Source of the DNA: an uncultured virus (IMG/VR IMGVR_UViG_3300009503_000024)
Lineage: Duplodnaviria; Heunggongvirae; Uroviricota; Caudoviricetes
Length of the DNA: 64,000 nucleotides
Reading direction: 5' to 3' (one strand)
Virus record (IMG/VR): IMGVR_UViG_3300009503_000024
Positions 37,211-47,701 of the stretch are shown one piece after another. Position numbers and translations under genes: made by a program. The notes below the pieces were generated by a model that saw only the letters and a list, made by a program, of their open reading frames with translations, ran no database searches and was not told the origin of the DNA. Position 1 is the first letter of the stretch, and each line of letters opens with the position of its first letter.

Positions 37211-38641
37211 TCACTCCTTAAACAAATCGTTTATTTCAACTATCCTTACATCAAACTCTGGTTCTGTTTTATAAAGTTTTATTTTCTTTTTAGAATATCT
37301 CTGAAAATAATCTTTACCTTCTTGCGACAAAGTATTATAATCATAAAAATCAAAGACTTCAGGAATTTCTTTATTTTCTTTTATTCTTAAAATTCTACCG
37401 GCTTGCTGAAATGCATCTATTGCTGATTTTACAGCCCTTGCGTTTATTAAAACAGATAAATTAGGAACATCAACTCCTTCACCAAATAAAGTTGAAATTA
37501 CAATATTATATTCACCAGAATTCATCTTCTTTATTGTTTTTACTTTTTCATGAGCAGCATCTTTACCAGTAATTACTTTTATGTTTAAACCAATATCATC
37601 TATTGCTTCTATAGCTTCTAATATATAATCAATATGCTTTAACCGCAAAACTGATATAAGCACAATTTTGTTTTGTTTAGCTTTTTCATATGCAATTTTA
37701 GCTATTATTTCATTCCTTAATTTATTTTCTATTAACTGTTTATATAAAGCATTATATGACAACCTCTTATTTACTTTATTTGGAATTTTTATAAAATAAA
37801 TAATTGGTTTTGCTAAAAAGCCTTTCTTTATTAATTCTGATGCTGTTATAATTTTAATCTTAGGACCTATAAAAGCTTCTATCATCATATCATAACCATC
37901 TTCTCTATACGGCGTTGCAGAAAAACCAAACCGATAAAGAGTATTTGAAGCTTTTTTTGCTATATCCCCCAATTTATTAGCACTAACGTGGTGAACTTCA
38001 TCAAAAATTATAACTTTAACTTTTCTAATTATAGGTTCAAATTCTCTTTTCATTAATGATTGAAAAGTTCCTATTGTTATATAATTTTTTTCATTATATT
38101 TTTTAACTCCACTACCGATTATATTTATTTCTGATTGTTTAAAATTAAGTCTTTTAATAAGTTTATCTTCAAGTTGTCCTAAAAGCGCTGTTCTATTTAC
38201 AACTATTAAAGAAGATACATTTATATCTGCAACAAGTTTTATAAATATTTCTGTTTTTCCTGCACCAGTAGGCGCTTGAATTATCCCCCTCTTTTTACGT
38301 TTACAAATATCAATAATTTCTTTCTGATAATCCCTTAATTCAATACCTTCTAATTTAATATCATTAACTTCTATTTGCTCTCCATAATTTTTTATTATTT
38401 CATATTCAATTTTTTCTTTTTTAAAAAATATTAAAACTCTTTTTAAAAGCCCTGTATAAGTCATTACTACTGGATATTTTTTTAACAAATGAATACTTCC
38501 ATCCCATCTATTATTTTGATATGCATCAGTAAAAAAATACCCAGCAGGTTTAAATGACAAAATTGCATCAAGAGCATTAATAAAATCATCATTTAACCCA
38601 TAAATCTTCGTAAATATTTGATCTACATATAACTTTATCAC
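37211..38641 (-). CDS. Superfamily 2 helicase (UvsW-like)
   Basis: LRDYQ, APTGAGKT, DEVHH, SATPYRED, EGVDVP, QQAGRILR. Confidence 0.93.
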   Translation of the reverse strand: MIKLYVDQIFTKIYGLNDDFINALDAILSFKPAGYFFTDAYQNNRWDGSIHLLKKYPVVMTYTGLLKRVLIFFKKEKIEYEIIKNYGEQIEVNDIKLEGIELRDYQKEIIDICKRKKRGIIQAPTGAGKTEIFIKLVADINVSSLIVVNRTALLGQLEDKLIKRLNFKQSEINIIGSGVKKYNEKNYITIGTFQSLMKREFEPIIRKVKVIIFDEVHHVSANKLGDIAKKASNTLYRFGFSATPYREDGYDMMIEAFIGPKIKIITASELIKKGFLAKPIIYFIKIPNKVNKRLSYNALYKQLIENKLRNEIIAKIAYEKAKQNKIVLISVLRLKHIDYILEAIEAIDDIGLNIKVITGKDAAHEKVKTIKKMNSGEYNIVISTLFGEGVDVPNLSVLINARAVKSAIDAFQQAGRILRIKENKEIPEVFDFYDYNTLSQEGKDYFQRYSKKKIKLYKTEPEFDVRIVEINDLFKE

Positions 38642-38705
38642 AATTAATCTCCTATTTACAAAAATAGTTTAATTTTTAAGAAAAAAAAATTTATTAAATT
38701 TTTTT

Positions 38706-38936
38706 CTACTTACCTTCAAAATATTTTTCTATTATATCAATCATAACAATAGCTTCGTCTTCAGATAATGTTATCCCTTTGCCGGGTAATTCTTTACCAT
38801 CTTTTTTATACCAAGTTCTAATATCTATTTTAGGTTTAGAATCTCCCCATTTAATAATACTTACTTCTTTACTATTTTCAAAATCTGAAATTTTACCTAA
38901 AACTTTAATTTTTTCAAATTTTATTTCTTTATTCAT
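38706..38936 (-). CDS. PC4/YdbC-like ssDNA-binding protein
   Basis: W..KPKIDIRTWY....PGKGITL. Confidence 0.85.
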   Translation of the reverse strand: MNKEIKFEKIKVLGKISDFENSKEVSIIKWGDSKPKIDIRTWYKKDGKELPGKGITLSEDEAIVMIDIIEKYFEGK

Positions 38937-39027
38937 TTTAACTCCTTTTTTATTTAAAAAAAATTTGATAATTTTAAATTTCTATATTTCATTTTTGCTC
39001 TCAGTTTTATATTTTAATATTAATTCT

Positions 39028-39139
39028 CAGTATATCAGCATATCAGTATATCAGCATATCAGTATATTAATATACCAGTATACCAGTATATCAGCATATC
39101 AGCATATCAGTATATTAATATACCAGTATACCAGTATAT
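39028..39139. repeat. Array of fourteen 8-bp units (CAG[T/C]ATA[T/C]), putative origin iterons
   Basis: cagtatat/cagcatat/cagtatac with two taatatac variants; a 40-bp block recurs at 48-bp period; in the largest non-coding gap. Confidence 0.85.
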
Positions 39140-39411
39140 TAATAATTATTATATACTTGCGATTTTATATACTAGTATTATCCTCGTATTTAATATCCGA
39201 GTTATTATTATTTAATTTTAAGTAAAATCTCTTTAATAGAAATAAACAATAAATAATAAATACTGCGCGCGCGCATTTTCGCGCAAATTCTAATTTTCTA
39301 AAAATATTTAGTAAATAAACTATTTTGACTAAAGTTTTATAATAATTATCCTAATAATGACCTACCACAATATATGCAGGGATTAGCCAGGGGACGCCTG
39401 TTAAATTATTT

Positions 39412-39708
39412 TTACTTAGTATATATAATTTCATAATACAATGGTTTTGATATTCTGGACACACTTTTCTCAAACATTTCAACATTAAGCATTTCTTCTC
39501 TAGAAACAAATAATTGAAAAACTCTACTTTCTTTAGAAAATTTTATTTTATATTTTTTAAAATACTTCTTAGCATTTTTTTGAATATATTTATCCCACGG
39601 TATTATTTTACTTTCATCTACTTTTACATCATTTATTTGTATTATATAATTTCCAGCTTTCAAAAATTTTCGGCCCCAAGCATCTGTTATAACCGAAATT
39701 TGTTTCAT
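39412..39708 (-). CDS. Hypothetical protein
   Basis: ORF with GAGGTG RBS. Confidence 0.65.
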   Translation of the reverse strand: MKQISVITDAWGRKFLKAGNYIIQINDVKVDESKIIPWDKYIQKNAKKYFKKYKIKFSKESRVFQLFVSREEMLNVEMFEKSVSRISKPLYYEIIYTK

Positions 39709-39719
39709 AACAAATCACC

Positions 39720-40805
39720 TCATTCCAATAAAAAATTTCTTAACTTTTCAGGAGTTATAAAATTAACCGCTGCATCATAACCTTTTTGAGCAGTTGTAAT
39801 TGCTGTAAAATCAAGAGCATTTACTTCATTTTCAATTTTCATATCATCTTCAGAAGGATACCAATCTAAAATTTCTATTGAAGGATAAATATCGGGGTTT
39901 AACTTATGCAAAAGTTTATAATCTTCTATTTCATCCCAAGCAAATTCTTCAAAAATATGCATTATAACAGTTTCTAATCTTCCTGCAATATCACCTATAT
40001 TATGTGTTAATATTTTTTGTGGTATAGTATTAGGTGATGTACCGACTAATATAATTTTTGTTGCACCATATTTTATAGCAAGTTCAACTGGATTATTTCT
40101 TCCTACACCACCATCAACTCCCAACCTTTTTAAACTTTTAAATTCAAAATCTTCTGCTTCAAAAATTATTGGTATTGCACTTGTCAATAATGCCATTTTA
40201 TCAGCAGGAAAACCTGGGTTTTCTTTACTATTTATTACAACCATTTCACCATTTATTATATCCGTTGTTGTTAAAACTATTTCTGTTTTTAAATCACCTA
40301 ATTTTATACCATCAAAATGTTTTACAACTAATTTTTTTAATCCATCTTTATTTAAAATACAATTACCTTTATTATCTTTAAAAATTTGACTTGCCATACC
40401 AAGCCAATCACCTAAATTTTTAAATTGCAACATACCAGAATAAATATCTGAATTTAATAATATATTATTCCATATATTTGCCGCTTCTTCTAAATTATCT
40501 TTATATTTTGCGATTAATAATGTATTAAGCCCACCAACAGAAGTACCACAAATCATATCAACATATTTTAATACACCAATTTTATATAACCAATAAACGA
40601 AGAAAAATTGCCGTCTTCCCAACGAACCTCCGCCAGGTAAAACTAACGCAAGTTTTTCTTTATTTTTAATTCTAAAATTTTTATATTCTTCTAAAATTTG
40701 TATAAAATCTGGTGATGGTATTTGTTCAATAAGTTTAAAAGGTTGCGGGCGTTTGTCTTTGCCCCACGAAAACCATAAAAAATTAGGCATGTTTAGCCAC
40801 CTCAT
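39720..40805 (-). CDS. Patatin-like phospholipase
   Basis: LVLPGGGSLG oxyanion loop, GTSVG nucleophile, SAIP..F, VDGG..NNP; likely start at 40790 (MPNF). Confidence 0.92.
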   Translation of the reverse strand: MRWLNMPNFLWFSWGKDKRPQPFKLIEQIPSPDFIQILEEYKNFRIKNKEKLALVLPGGGSLGRRQFFFVYWLYKIGVLKYVDMICGTSVGGLNTLLIAKYKDNLEEAANIWNNILLNSDIYSGMLQFKNLGDWLGMASQIFKDNKGNCILNKDGLKKLVVKHFDGIKLGDLKTEIVLTTTDIINGEMVVINSKENPGFPADKMALLTSAIPIIFEAEDFEFKSLKRLGVDGGVGRNNPVELAIKYGATKIILVGTSPNTIPQKILTHNIGDIAGRLETVIMHIFEEFAWDEIEDYKLLHKLNPDIYPSIEILDWYPSEDDMKIENEVNALDFTAITTAQKGYDAAVNFITPEKLRNFLLE

Positions 40806-40938
40806 TATTTAATAATTTTAACTTTGTCTTTATATGTTTTTTTTGTTTAAACACTTCTTTTTTTAAGTTCAAAATTTCTATAAACAATTCTTCAAATTTT
40901 TTTTCTATAGTTTTTTCATCTTTTCTAATTTTTTTCAT
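40783..40938 (-). CDS. Small basic coiled-coil protein (51 aa)
   Basis: ATGA overlap with upstream gene; fills gap; not in ORF track. Confidence 0.45.
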   Translation of the reverse strand: MKKIRKDEKTIEKKFEELFIEILNLKKEVFKQKKHIKTKLKLLNNEVAKHA

Positions 40939-41372
40939 TTTATCCCTACTAAATTCATAACAAAATCAAAAATTTTTTCTTTACTAAAAAACACTGCAAG
41001 CAATATTGCTATCATTATTAAAATATATGCTAACCATTTTGAATTTTTAAAAAACGAAGTAATTAATTCAATAATTTTTTTCATAAAACCTGATTTCATC
41101 TCTTTATACATAACTCTCTCTTTATAATCTAATTGAACATTTAACATATTTATTGCTTTTTCTATATCCGTTATTATATCTTGTATTTTATTTATAGATT
41201 GTTTTAAATCACAAATATTATCTTTTATTAACTGTGTATCAGTTGTATTTTTAATAGCTGTATCTGATAAAATCTTTAACATATCTTTAAAATAAGATAG
41301 AGTTGTTGAAATATTACTTAAATTTTTATATAAATCAGCGATAATTTTAAAATCTTTATTTATTTTGCCCAT
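40935..41372 (-). CDS. Coiled-coil protein with C-terminal TM helix (holin-like position)
   Basis: Heptads then WLAYILIMIAILLAVFF. Confidence 0.55.
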   Translation of the reverse strand: MGKINKDFKIIADLYKNLSNISTTLSYFKDMLKILSDTAIKNTTDTQLIKDNICDLKQSINKIQDIITDIEKAINMLNVQLDYKERVMYKEMKSGFMKKIIELITSFFKNSKWLAYILIMIAILLAVFFSKEKIFDFVMNLVGIK

Positions 41373-41376
41373 TTAT

Positions 41377-41808
41377 CTACTCTCCTTTTTGATAAATTAT
41401 TGTTATAGGTATATAGTCTTCTGGTACATAATTAAAACTTAATGTCATATTATTATTTACAAAAATATAATCATTTAAATTTCCATAATGTTGATAAACC
41501 CCACTAACAAAAACAAAAAATGGAGTTGCTATATTAACTTTATATGATAAATCAAAAGTAGAACTAACACCATCTCCGCTAAATGTTTCAGTTATATAAT
41601 TCAATACACTAACTATAGCATCTATCTTATCTTTAATAGTAGGTGATAAAGCAGTATGGCTATAAGGTAATGTTTCAGCATTAATTCCTGATTCATCTCC
41701 ATTATCTATTCTTTTTATATTATTAACTTCTATACTCCCATCAATTATTTTATTACTATCTATACTATTATTTGTGTAATCTTTACTTCTTAATGCATCT
41801 CTTGACAT
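41377..41808 (-). CDS. Tail fibre-associated virion protein
   Basis: FSGDGVSSTFDL...VFVSGVYQ...DY...LSF..P beta domain, shared with 44120-44428. Confidence 0.6.
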   Translation of the reverse strand: MSRDALRSKDYTNNSIDSNKIIDGSIEVNNIKRIDNGDESGINAETLPYSHTALSPTIKDKIDAIVSVLNYITETFSGDGVSSTFDLSYKVNIATPFFVFVSGVYQHYGNLNDYIFVNNNMTLSFNYVPEDYIPITIIYQKGE

Positions 41809-41819
41809 ATTATTTCACC

Positions 41820-44108
41820 TCACTCTGCTTTTCTTTTTAATATTACTATACCAAAAATTGGTAAAGAATCAGGGTTCGCTCCACTTTGCGACATTTTATC
41901 AGTTTCAATATGAATAAATAAAGAATTTCCACCAACATATATATCTTTAATATAAATTACGCTTCTCTCTCCAGTATCAGTACTCATAATTTCATAACAA
42001 TGCGAAAAATTAGCCCATACAAAATCATATTTAGATCTATCAAATTCAAAATATTGCCCGTATCTGCTTATTTGATTAATATAGACTAAATAAGATAAAA
42101 TAAATTTAACTTCTAAATTTGATATATCAGTATTTACATTTATTCCACGACTAATAAAATTATTATCATCAAAACTATTATTGCCTAATTTATTTACTTT
42201 TAATAATTCACTATTATAAGACATATAATTTAATATTCTTTCTAAACTCATATTATATATTTGAGTTCTTTTTTCATTTGCTGCATAATTTTTATCTAAA
42301 TATATTTCAGAAGCTGTAAAATTATATAATAATTCTTTTTGGTAAAAAGTGCCAGTCATTACTTGTAAATCATCTAATAACATATAATCAGAGGGTCCAA
42401 AAGAACCGTAAAATTCAAAATCTATAAATGCTATTTGGTCATTAGTTATAAAAAAATCTAAAACATAAGTTCTCAATTGATTGCTATTAAACGGATAAAT
42501 AGAATAACCAGCAGCTCCATCACTTGGCGTTACTTTTACATAACAATTTGAACTAAAACTAACCATCGATGTAAAACTAAAAAATGCCGTCGCACCTATA
42601 CGACCATTCTTTATCTTTAATCTCAATTTTCTACCATTTGCTAAATTATATAATTTTAATACTTTATCAGATCCATAATTTATAACACTTAAACTACTAC
42701 CTGTATAATAAGTTGTATCAATACAATTATTATATTCATAAGTATCTGTTTGATATAATCCATATTTAAAATTTCCATTAGGAATTAAATTTTTATTTGT
42801 TATAACACTATGATTATTTTTATCAATATATAAATTATCTATATTTATATTTCCTATATCTGAAAGTAAATATATTAGTGTTCCATTAGGCGTCCCAGCA
42901 TAATTTTCAGTCACTCTTAATTCTTTTATACCCCCACTATTCTTCCAATAAACTTGCCCTATTCTAATTATATTTTCATCAGATATATTTTGAGATTTTT
43001 TATAAGTTAAAAAAGTATCAGTTGAGTTTTCTAATGTCAAATAAATATAATACCACCCTTCGGAGTCATCAGAAGTAAAATAAACTTTAATTTTACCATC
43101 AACATCTTTAAAACGAGTATCACCCCAATAATATATTTTACCATTATAAAATATTGGATAAGTAGGATAAAGTTCATAACTTTCCCCATATACATAATTT
43201 TCTGTTGTTGAATTATATATTTTTGCTGCATTTCTTAATAAAAATCCAGGATTAAATTCTATATTTCTTAAAAACCCATTTTTTAAAATATTTTGTTTAT
43301 TTAAAGTATTTATATCTAAAGCGTTTATATTATGTGCATCTAATTTATGGGGATTTTTAGCTGATAAAATACCATCACCTAAAGCATTTATATGGTCTTG
43401 TAAAGTAAGTTGTTTATCTGGTTCCGTTGATGAATAATCATACCATTGTGTTGGTGTTGAAGTATTAGGAAATATTCTTACATTTTTTTGGAAAATACCA
43501 CCTTTTAGCATTCCAAGATAAAAAGGTGAAATTGATCCCGAATAATCATATGTTTGTGTATCATTATTTACAATAACTTTACCAATATATAAACCAGTTG
43601 GATGTGAATATGCTGTTGGATCTAAATCAGAAATAACAATTTCATAACCATTACTTTTTATAGGTTTATGAATACTACCATCATAATCAATTCTTTGAAT
43701 TGTATTATTGGTTATTTCTCTATATGCTATCCAAATATATTTTGTATATGGTTGTGGTAAATTATTTGTATTTATTGGTATATTTATATTACCTGAATTT
43801 TGTGTTGTATTTGTATTTTGCCAAATTTCATCTTTTATAATTCTAATTAAATTACCTGCTTTATCTAATCCCATTATTATAGAATTAGAAGTTGGTATAT
43901 TAATATAATCAATGCCTCTACTTCCTTGCGTAAATTGAGGTAAAATAATACTAAAATTAAACCCAGTTTCAGCAGATGAAGCTTCAAAAAACCCAGCGGA
44001 CCATTGACCTTTCAATAAATTCTTTATCTGTTCATCTATTTTTAATATAGCTAAATTCATATCACCACTTGTGACATCTTGTTTATTAAAAAACTCAAAA
44101 CGTTCCAT
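41820..44108 (-). CDS. Tail fibre/receptor-binding protein
   Basis: DHIN...NPH fibre motif, NLIPNGNF carbohydrate-binding-like domain start, position after baseplate. Confidence 0.7.
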   Translation of the reverse strand: MERFEFFNKQDVTSGDMNLAILKIDEQIKNLLKGQWSAGFFEASSAETGFNFSIILPQFTQGSRGIDYINIPTSNSIIMGLDKAGNLIRIIKDEIWQNTNTTQNSGNINIPINTNNLPQPYTKYIWIAYREITNNTIQRIDYDGSIHKPIKSNGYEIVISDLDPTAYSHPTGLYIGKVIVNNDTQTYDYSGSISPFYLGMLKGGIFQKNVRIFPNTSTPTQWYDYSSTEPDKQLTLQDHINALGDGILSAKNPHKLDAHNINALDINTLNKQNILKNGFLRNIEFNPGFLLRNAAKIYNSTTENYVYGESYELYPTYPIFYNGKIYYWGDTRFKDVDGKIKVYFTSDDSEGWYYIYLTLENSTDTFLTYKKSQNISDENIIRIGQVYWKNSGGIKELRVTENYAGTPNGTLIYLLSDIGNINIDNLYIDKNNHSVITNKNLIPNGNFKYGLYQTDTYEYNNCIDTTYYTGSSLSVINYGSDKVLKLYNLANGRKLRLKIKNGRIGATAFFSFTSMVSFSSNCYVKVTPSDGAAGYSIYPFNSNQLRTYVLDFFITNDQIAFIDFEFYGSFGPSDYMLLDDLQVMTGTFYQKELLYNFTASEIYLDKNYAANEKRTQIYNMSLERILNYMSYNSELLKVNKLGNNSFDDNNFISRGINVNTDISNLEVKFILSYLVYINQISRYGQYFEFDRSKYDFVWANFSHCYEIMSTDTGERSVIYIKDIYVGGNSLFIHIETDKMSQSGANPDSLPIFGIVILKRKAE

Positions 44109-44119
44109 ATAAATCCTCC

Positions 44120-44428
44120 TTAATATGCAATTCTATAATCTACTAATAATGTTGCACCAATTTCTGGCGCATCCATGTTTAAAACAAATTGATTCGAGCC
44201 AATTTCTGTATAATCTTCATTAGGTATAAGTCTTAATTTATCTAAATAAACTCTTAATGAACCAGGCATAAAATTATCAGGAGTTGTAAAAGTTGTTTTA
44301 GTCCCATCTATTTGTGATGTAAGATTTTCGTTCCATTTATCTTGAAATTCTATTCTTTGAAAATTTTGATTTATTTCTTCTGCTAATGCATAAGAATTTG
44401 GTGAAAAATTATATTTTAAATTAGACAT
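44120..44428 (-). CDS. Tail fibre-associated virion protein
   Basis: AEEINQNF, IDGTKTTF...SLRVYL...DYTE...LLVDY. Confidence 0.6.
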   Translation of the reverse strand: MSNLKYNFSPNSYALAEEINQNFQRIEFQDKWNENLTSQIDGTKTTFTTPDNFMPGSLRVYLDKLRLIPNEDYTEIGSNQFVLNMDAPEIGATLLVDYRIAY

Positions 44429-44440
44429 ATTATAACCTCC

Positions 44441-44839
44441 TTATTTCCATAATTTTTGGTTCCATTTACCTTGGTTCCAAATAAGATAATTATCAACTTC
44501 TAATGATTCTCCACTACCTATAATCCCATAACTTATCGCACAAGGTCCTATACCAATATTATTTTCAGCACATACTTTATAAAAATAATTTTTATTACTT
44601 GCACTAAAATCTATAAAACATACATCTTTATCACTAAACTCATCTTCTGTTATTATTTTACCTAAATATTGCCAACTATCACTTTTTAATGAAGGATTTA
44701 AAGTTTTATAAATATAATAAGCAATAACTTTAGTATATTTATTATCTAAATCTTTTATAACTTTATTCCATACAATTACAGTATAATTTGGAGTAAAGTT
44801 TATAAAAAGATTCTCTGGTGCTTTTGGTCTTTCAGCCAT
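44441..44839 (-). CDS. Fibronectin type III-like virion protein
   Basis: PKAPENL...W...YYIYK...YFYKVCAEN..GIGP. Confidence 0.7.
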   Translation of the reverse strand: MAERPKAPENLFINFTPNYTVIVWNKVIKDLDNKYTKVIAYYIYKTLNPSLKSDSWQYLGKIITEDEFSDKDVCFIDFSASNKNYFYKVCAENNIGIGPCAISYGIIGSGESLEVDNYLIWNQGKWNQKLWK

Positions 44840-44868
44840 ACTTAACTCCTTACAAAATGTTATTTAAT

Positions 44869-44886
44869 AAATACAAAAAAATAACT
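44869..44886 (-). promoter_or_regulatory. Late-type promoter-like motif (class 3)
   Basis: AGTTATTTTT-TTG-TATTT-ATTAAATA. Confidence 0.65.
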
Positions 44887-45789
44887 TTATTGATATATAA
44901 TCTCAATTTTTAAATTTGCTGGGCTTATTTTATAAATTAAATTATTTAATATTTGTTTTTCTGCTTCGCCATAAGTCCAGTTTATTACTTTTACAATAAA
45001 ACAATTTAATTTAAATCTTTTATCCATTAAAATTATTTTCTTACTTTTATACGATGGCGGTATAGTATTATTATCATCTATATAATAAGATGGAAATCTT
45101 GCCCACCATAAATCATTAGCAGAAGGTTTAGGGTATATATCCGTATCTCTCAATATCCACCCATCAAATTCTCTATAATAACAAATAATAGGTTCTTGCA
45201 TTGTAAAAGATTTTACTAATTGCTTAAGTCCATATTCTAATGCTGCATTCATAAAACTTCTCACTACCCCTAAACAATTTGTTAAATCACCTAGTATTAT
45301 TCGTCTATAATCTACAGATTTAAAAGAACCTTGCTCAAAATCAAAAAACCAACCCCATTTTTTATAAATTAATTCATATTGCAAATAATCAAAATATAAA
45401 TTTCCAAACATTTTAAAAATTTCAATATCATCATAATTAAGTTCTTTTGCTAAAACAAGAAAAAATGCCACATAATTTAAAGATATAAAATATTCATCCG
45501 TTATTAAATTATTATTTATATAAGTTTGTATTCTAAATTTACCATATGGCGGTTTAAATTTATAATATATAGATTTATCTGGTAAAATTTTTTTTGTCGT
45601 TGCTAATTTACCATCAATATAAATATCTACATTAGTTTTATCTGGATAGTTATTATAAAATTCAATAAAAGTTATTTCATCAATATATGGAATTATATTA
45701 GCATCTTTATTATAAACTATACCATCTGGTAATTTTGATAATAAATTTTCTAGTATTGTATTTTTACCATCATAATAAAATTTACCCAT
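44887..45789 (-). CDS. Baseplate wedge-associated protein
   Basis: Follows baseplate J; WGWFF...YRRII...C-terminal ISPAN pattern. Confidence 0.55.
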   Translation of the reverse strand: MGKFYYDGKNTILENLLSKLPDGIVYNKDANIIPYIDEITFIEFYNNYPDKTNVDIYIDGKLATTKKILPDKSIYYKFKPPYGKFRIQTYINNNLITDEYFISLNYVAFFLVLAKELNYDDIEIFKMFGNLYFDYLQYELIYKKWGWFFDFEQGSFKSVDYRRIILGDLTNCLGVVRSFMNAALEYGLKQLVKSFTMQEPIICYYREFDGWILRDTDIYPKPSANDLWWARFPSYYIDDNNTIPPSYKSKKIILMDKRFKLNCFIVKVINWTYGEAEKQILNNLIYKISPANLKIEIIYQ

Positions 45790-45796
45790 TTTAACC

Positions 45797-47287
45797 TCAT
45801 ACTGTTGTTATATTTAATGTTCCTAATCTCATATATTCTATTACAGAAACTGTTATAGATACATTTAAATTAGTTCCACCGTCTAAATCAAAAATACCAT
45901 CAGTCCAATCAACATAATCTACACCATCAATATTTTCAACAACATTTGTAATATCTGATTGAGATATCTTCGCTTTTAATAAAGTTGAATTTACAAAATT
46001 AGCAATTGCTGTTCTAATTTTATTTATTGTTATAGTAGAATCAAAACCTATTTTTATATTTACTTTAAAACTAATATCTAAATTTCTTTGTTTTGCTTTT
46101 TTTATTAAAATAGTTATATCAGCAGGGTATATAGAACCATCGGTGCTACCCAAAATTTTATTTTGCGGTAAATTTAAAAAATTTTGTATATCTTCACATA
46201 TTTTAAAATATTTATATTTAACATTAAAAGGTGGAGTTAAAGCTAAATTCGTTATATAAACTAAACTAGGTTCAAATTTAGAATTATCTAAAACTGAACT
46301 TTGTGATTTTACAAATACATAATTAATAGGAGAAATTCCTATTATTTCTTCTGAACCATCAAAAAAAACAGGTTCTTTATTTAATAAAAATGCTGGATAA
46401 TTAGAATAAATAGTATTAAATTGTGTATATTGTTCATTAACTAATATAGGGTCAGATTCTTCTAAAACATAAACATCAACTTTACCACCTATACCTTCAT
46501 CGCGTATCATTAAAGGGTTATTTGTATCAACAACATATATATCTTTTATAGATGGAAAATTAGCCAAAATCAAATTTTTTAACCCGTCTTCAGTTGCAGT
46601 ATTTATTCCTGATAATTTTGATTTTATTCTACTAATAAAAGCTTCATCTGTTTCTATATCAAGACCGTTAGTTATATTATCTTTATTAAGAACGTAATTT
46701 ATCCCAGATATTTGATTAACTAATATATTAATTGTATAAGAAGCAGTATTACCAATAGAACCGCTAACAGTTGCTATAACTGGGGCTTTTATTAAATATA
46801 AATTTTCATCAGGATCATAATAATCAGTACCAGAAGCATACATTATAACAGATTCTGTTGTTTTATATGTTTTCCCATCGAGGGTTTTTACTTCTGTCCC
46901 AGCCGGTATTGTTATATCAAAAGACGGCGCATCAAATCTACCAAAATAAACATATCCAGTTGCAAATGTTGCCATGTTTCTTGTCATATCATAATCAGCA
47001 GCTTTTTTATCAATAAAATCAGAAATATCAGCTAAAACTTGTGAAGGCGTTTTGTTTTGAACTTCTGCAATTTTAGAAATAGTATTACTATCGTTTTTAA
47101 TAGCTAAAATATCAATAAACGTTTGAAGAGCTTTATTATAATCTAATAATATTCTATTTTTATCTATTATATATGCTTGTGGTGTTAGAAAAATATCATT
47201 GACTACGCTTCCTGGATTAAGTGATAAATCACGCCTTATTGAAAGTAATTTTGCTTTTAAATCTTTATATACATCTTCAACACTCAT
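45797..47287 (-). CDS. Baseplate J-like wedge protein
   Basis: ATGYVYF, IPAGT, G..GN, GLDIETDEAFISR, GKVDVYV, IDGVDYV. Confidence 0.9.
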   Translation of the reverse strand: MSVEDVYKDLKAKLLSIRRDLSLNPGSVVNDIFLTPQAYIIDKNRILLDYNKALQTFIDILAIKNDSNTISKIAEVQNKTPSQVLADISDFIDKKAADYDMTRNMATFATGYVYFGRFDAPSFDITIPAGTEVKTLDGKTYKTTESVIMYASGTDYYDPDENLYLIKAPVIATVSGSIGNTASYTINILVNQISGINYVLNKDNITNGLDIETDEAFISRIKSKLSGINTATEDGLKNLILANFPSIKDIYVVDTNNPLMIRDEGIGGKVDVYVLEESDPILVNEQYTQFNTIYSNYPAFLLNKEPVFFDGSEEIIGISPINYVFVKSQSSVLDNSKFEPSLVYITNLALTPPFNVKYKYFKICEDIQNFLNLPQNKILGSTDGSIYPADITILIKKAKQRNLDISFKVNIKIGFDSTITINKIRTAIANFVNSTLLKAKISQSDITNVVENIDGVDYVDWTDGIFDLDGGTNLNVSITVSVIEYMRLGTLNITTV

Positions 47288-47299
47288 TTTTTTCCCTCC

Positions 47300-47701
47300 T
47301 TAAACAGTCAAAGTAAGCATTTTTCCATTCGTTAAAAGTATTTTTAAAGTTATATTATAATAATTCGCGCCACTGCTAACTTCAATACCAATTATTTCTT
47401 TTAAATTTATATTATTATTTACATTAGCCATTTTAATATATTCTAATGCATATATTAATTCGCGTTTAAAAGCATCTTCAAATCCTGAAGTTTTTCGTGT
47501 ATTTATAATTTGTGCTAAATTTGTACCGTAATTTTTAAATAAAAAATGAGATCCTTTAATAGTTAACATTATTTTTACTATATCTTGCGCTAATTTTTGC
47601 TCATTTTCTATAAGTTTAATATCGTGATTTTCAATAACTAAATCATTAAAATCCGCATAATACTGTTTTGAAATAGATTGTAATAAACTCAAATCTTTCA
47701 T
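47300..47701 (-). CDS. Baseplate gpW/gp25-like protein
   Basis: LAQDIVKIMLTIKGS....NYGT.L. Confidence 0.75.
   Translation of the reverse strand: MKDLSLLQSISKQYYADFNDLVIENHDIKLIENEQKLAQDIVKIMLTIKGSHFLFKNYGTNLAQIINTRKTSGFEDAFKRELIYALEYIKMANVNNNINLKEIIGIEVSSGANYYNITLKILLTNGKMLTLTV

Noticed and set aside
39028..39139. Repeat array as a CRISPR locus
   Set aside because: Units are 8 bp and contiguous with no unique spacers; no cas genes.
39720..40805. CBASS system
   Set aside because: No CD-NTase adjacent; the only cyclase is a GGDEF 30 kb away.
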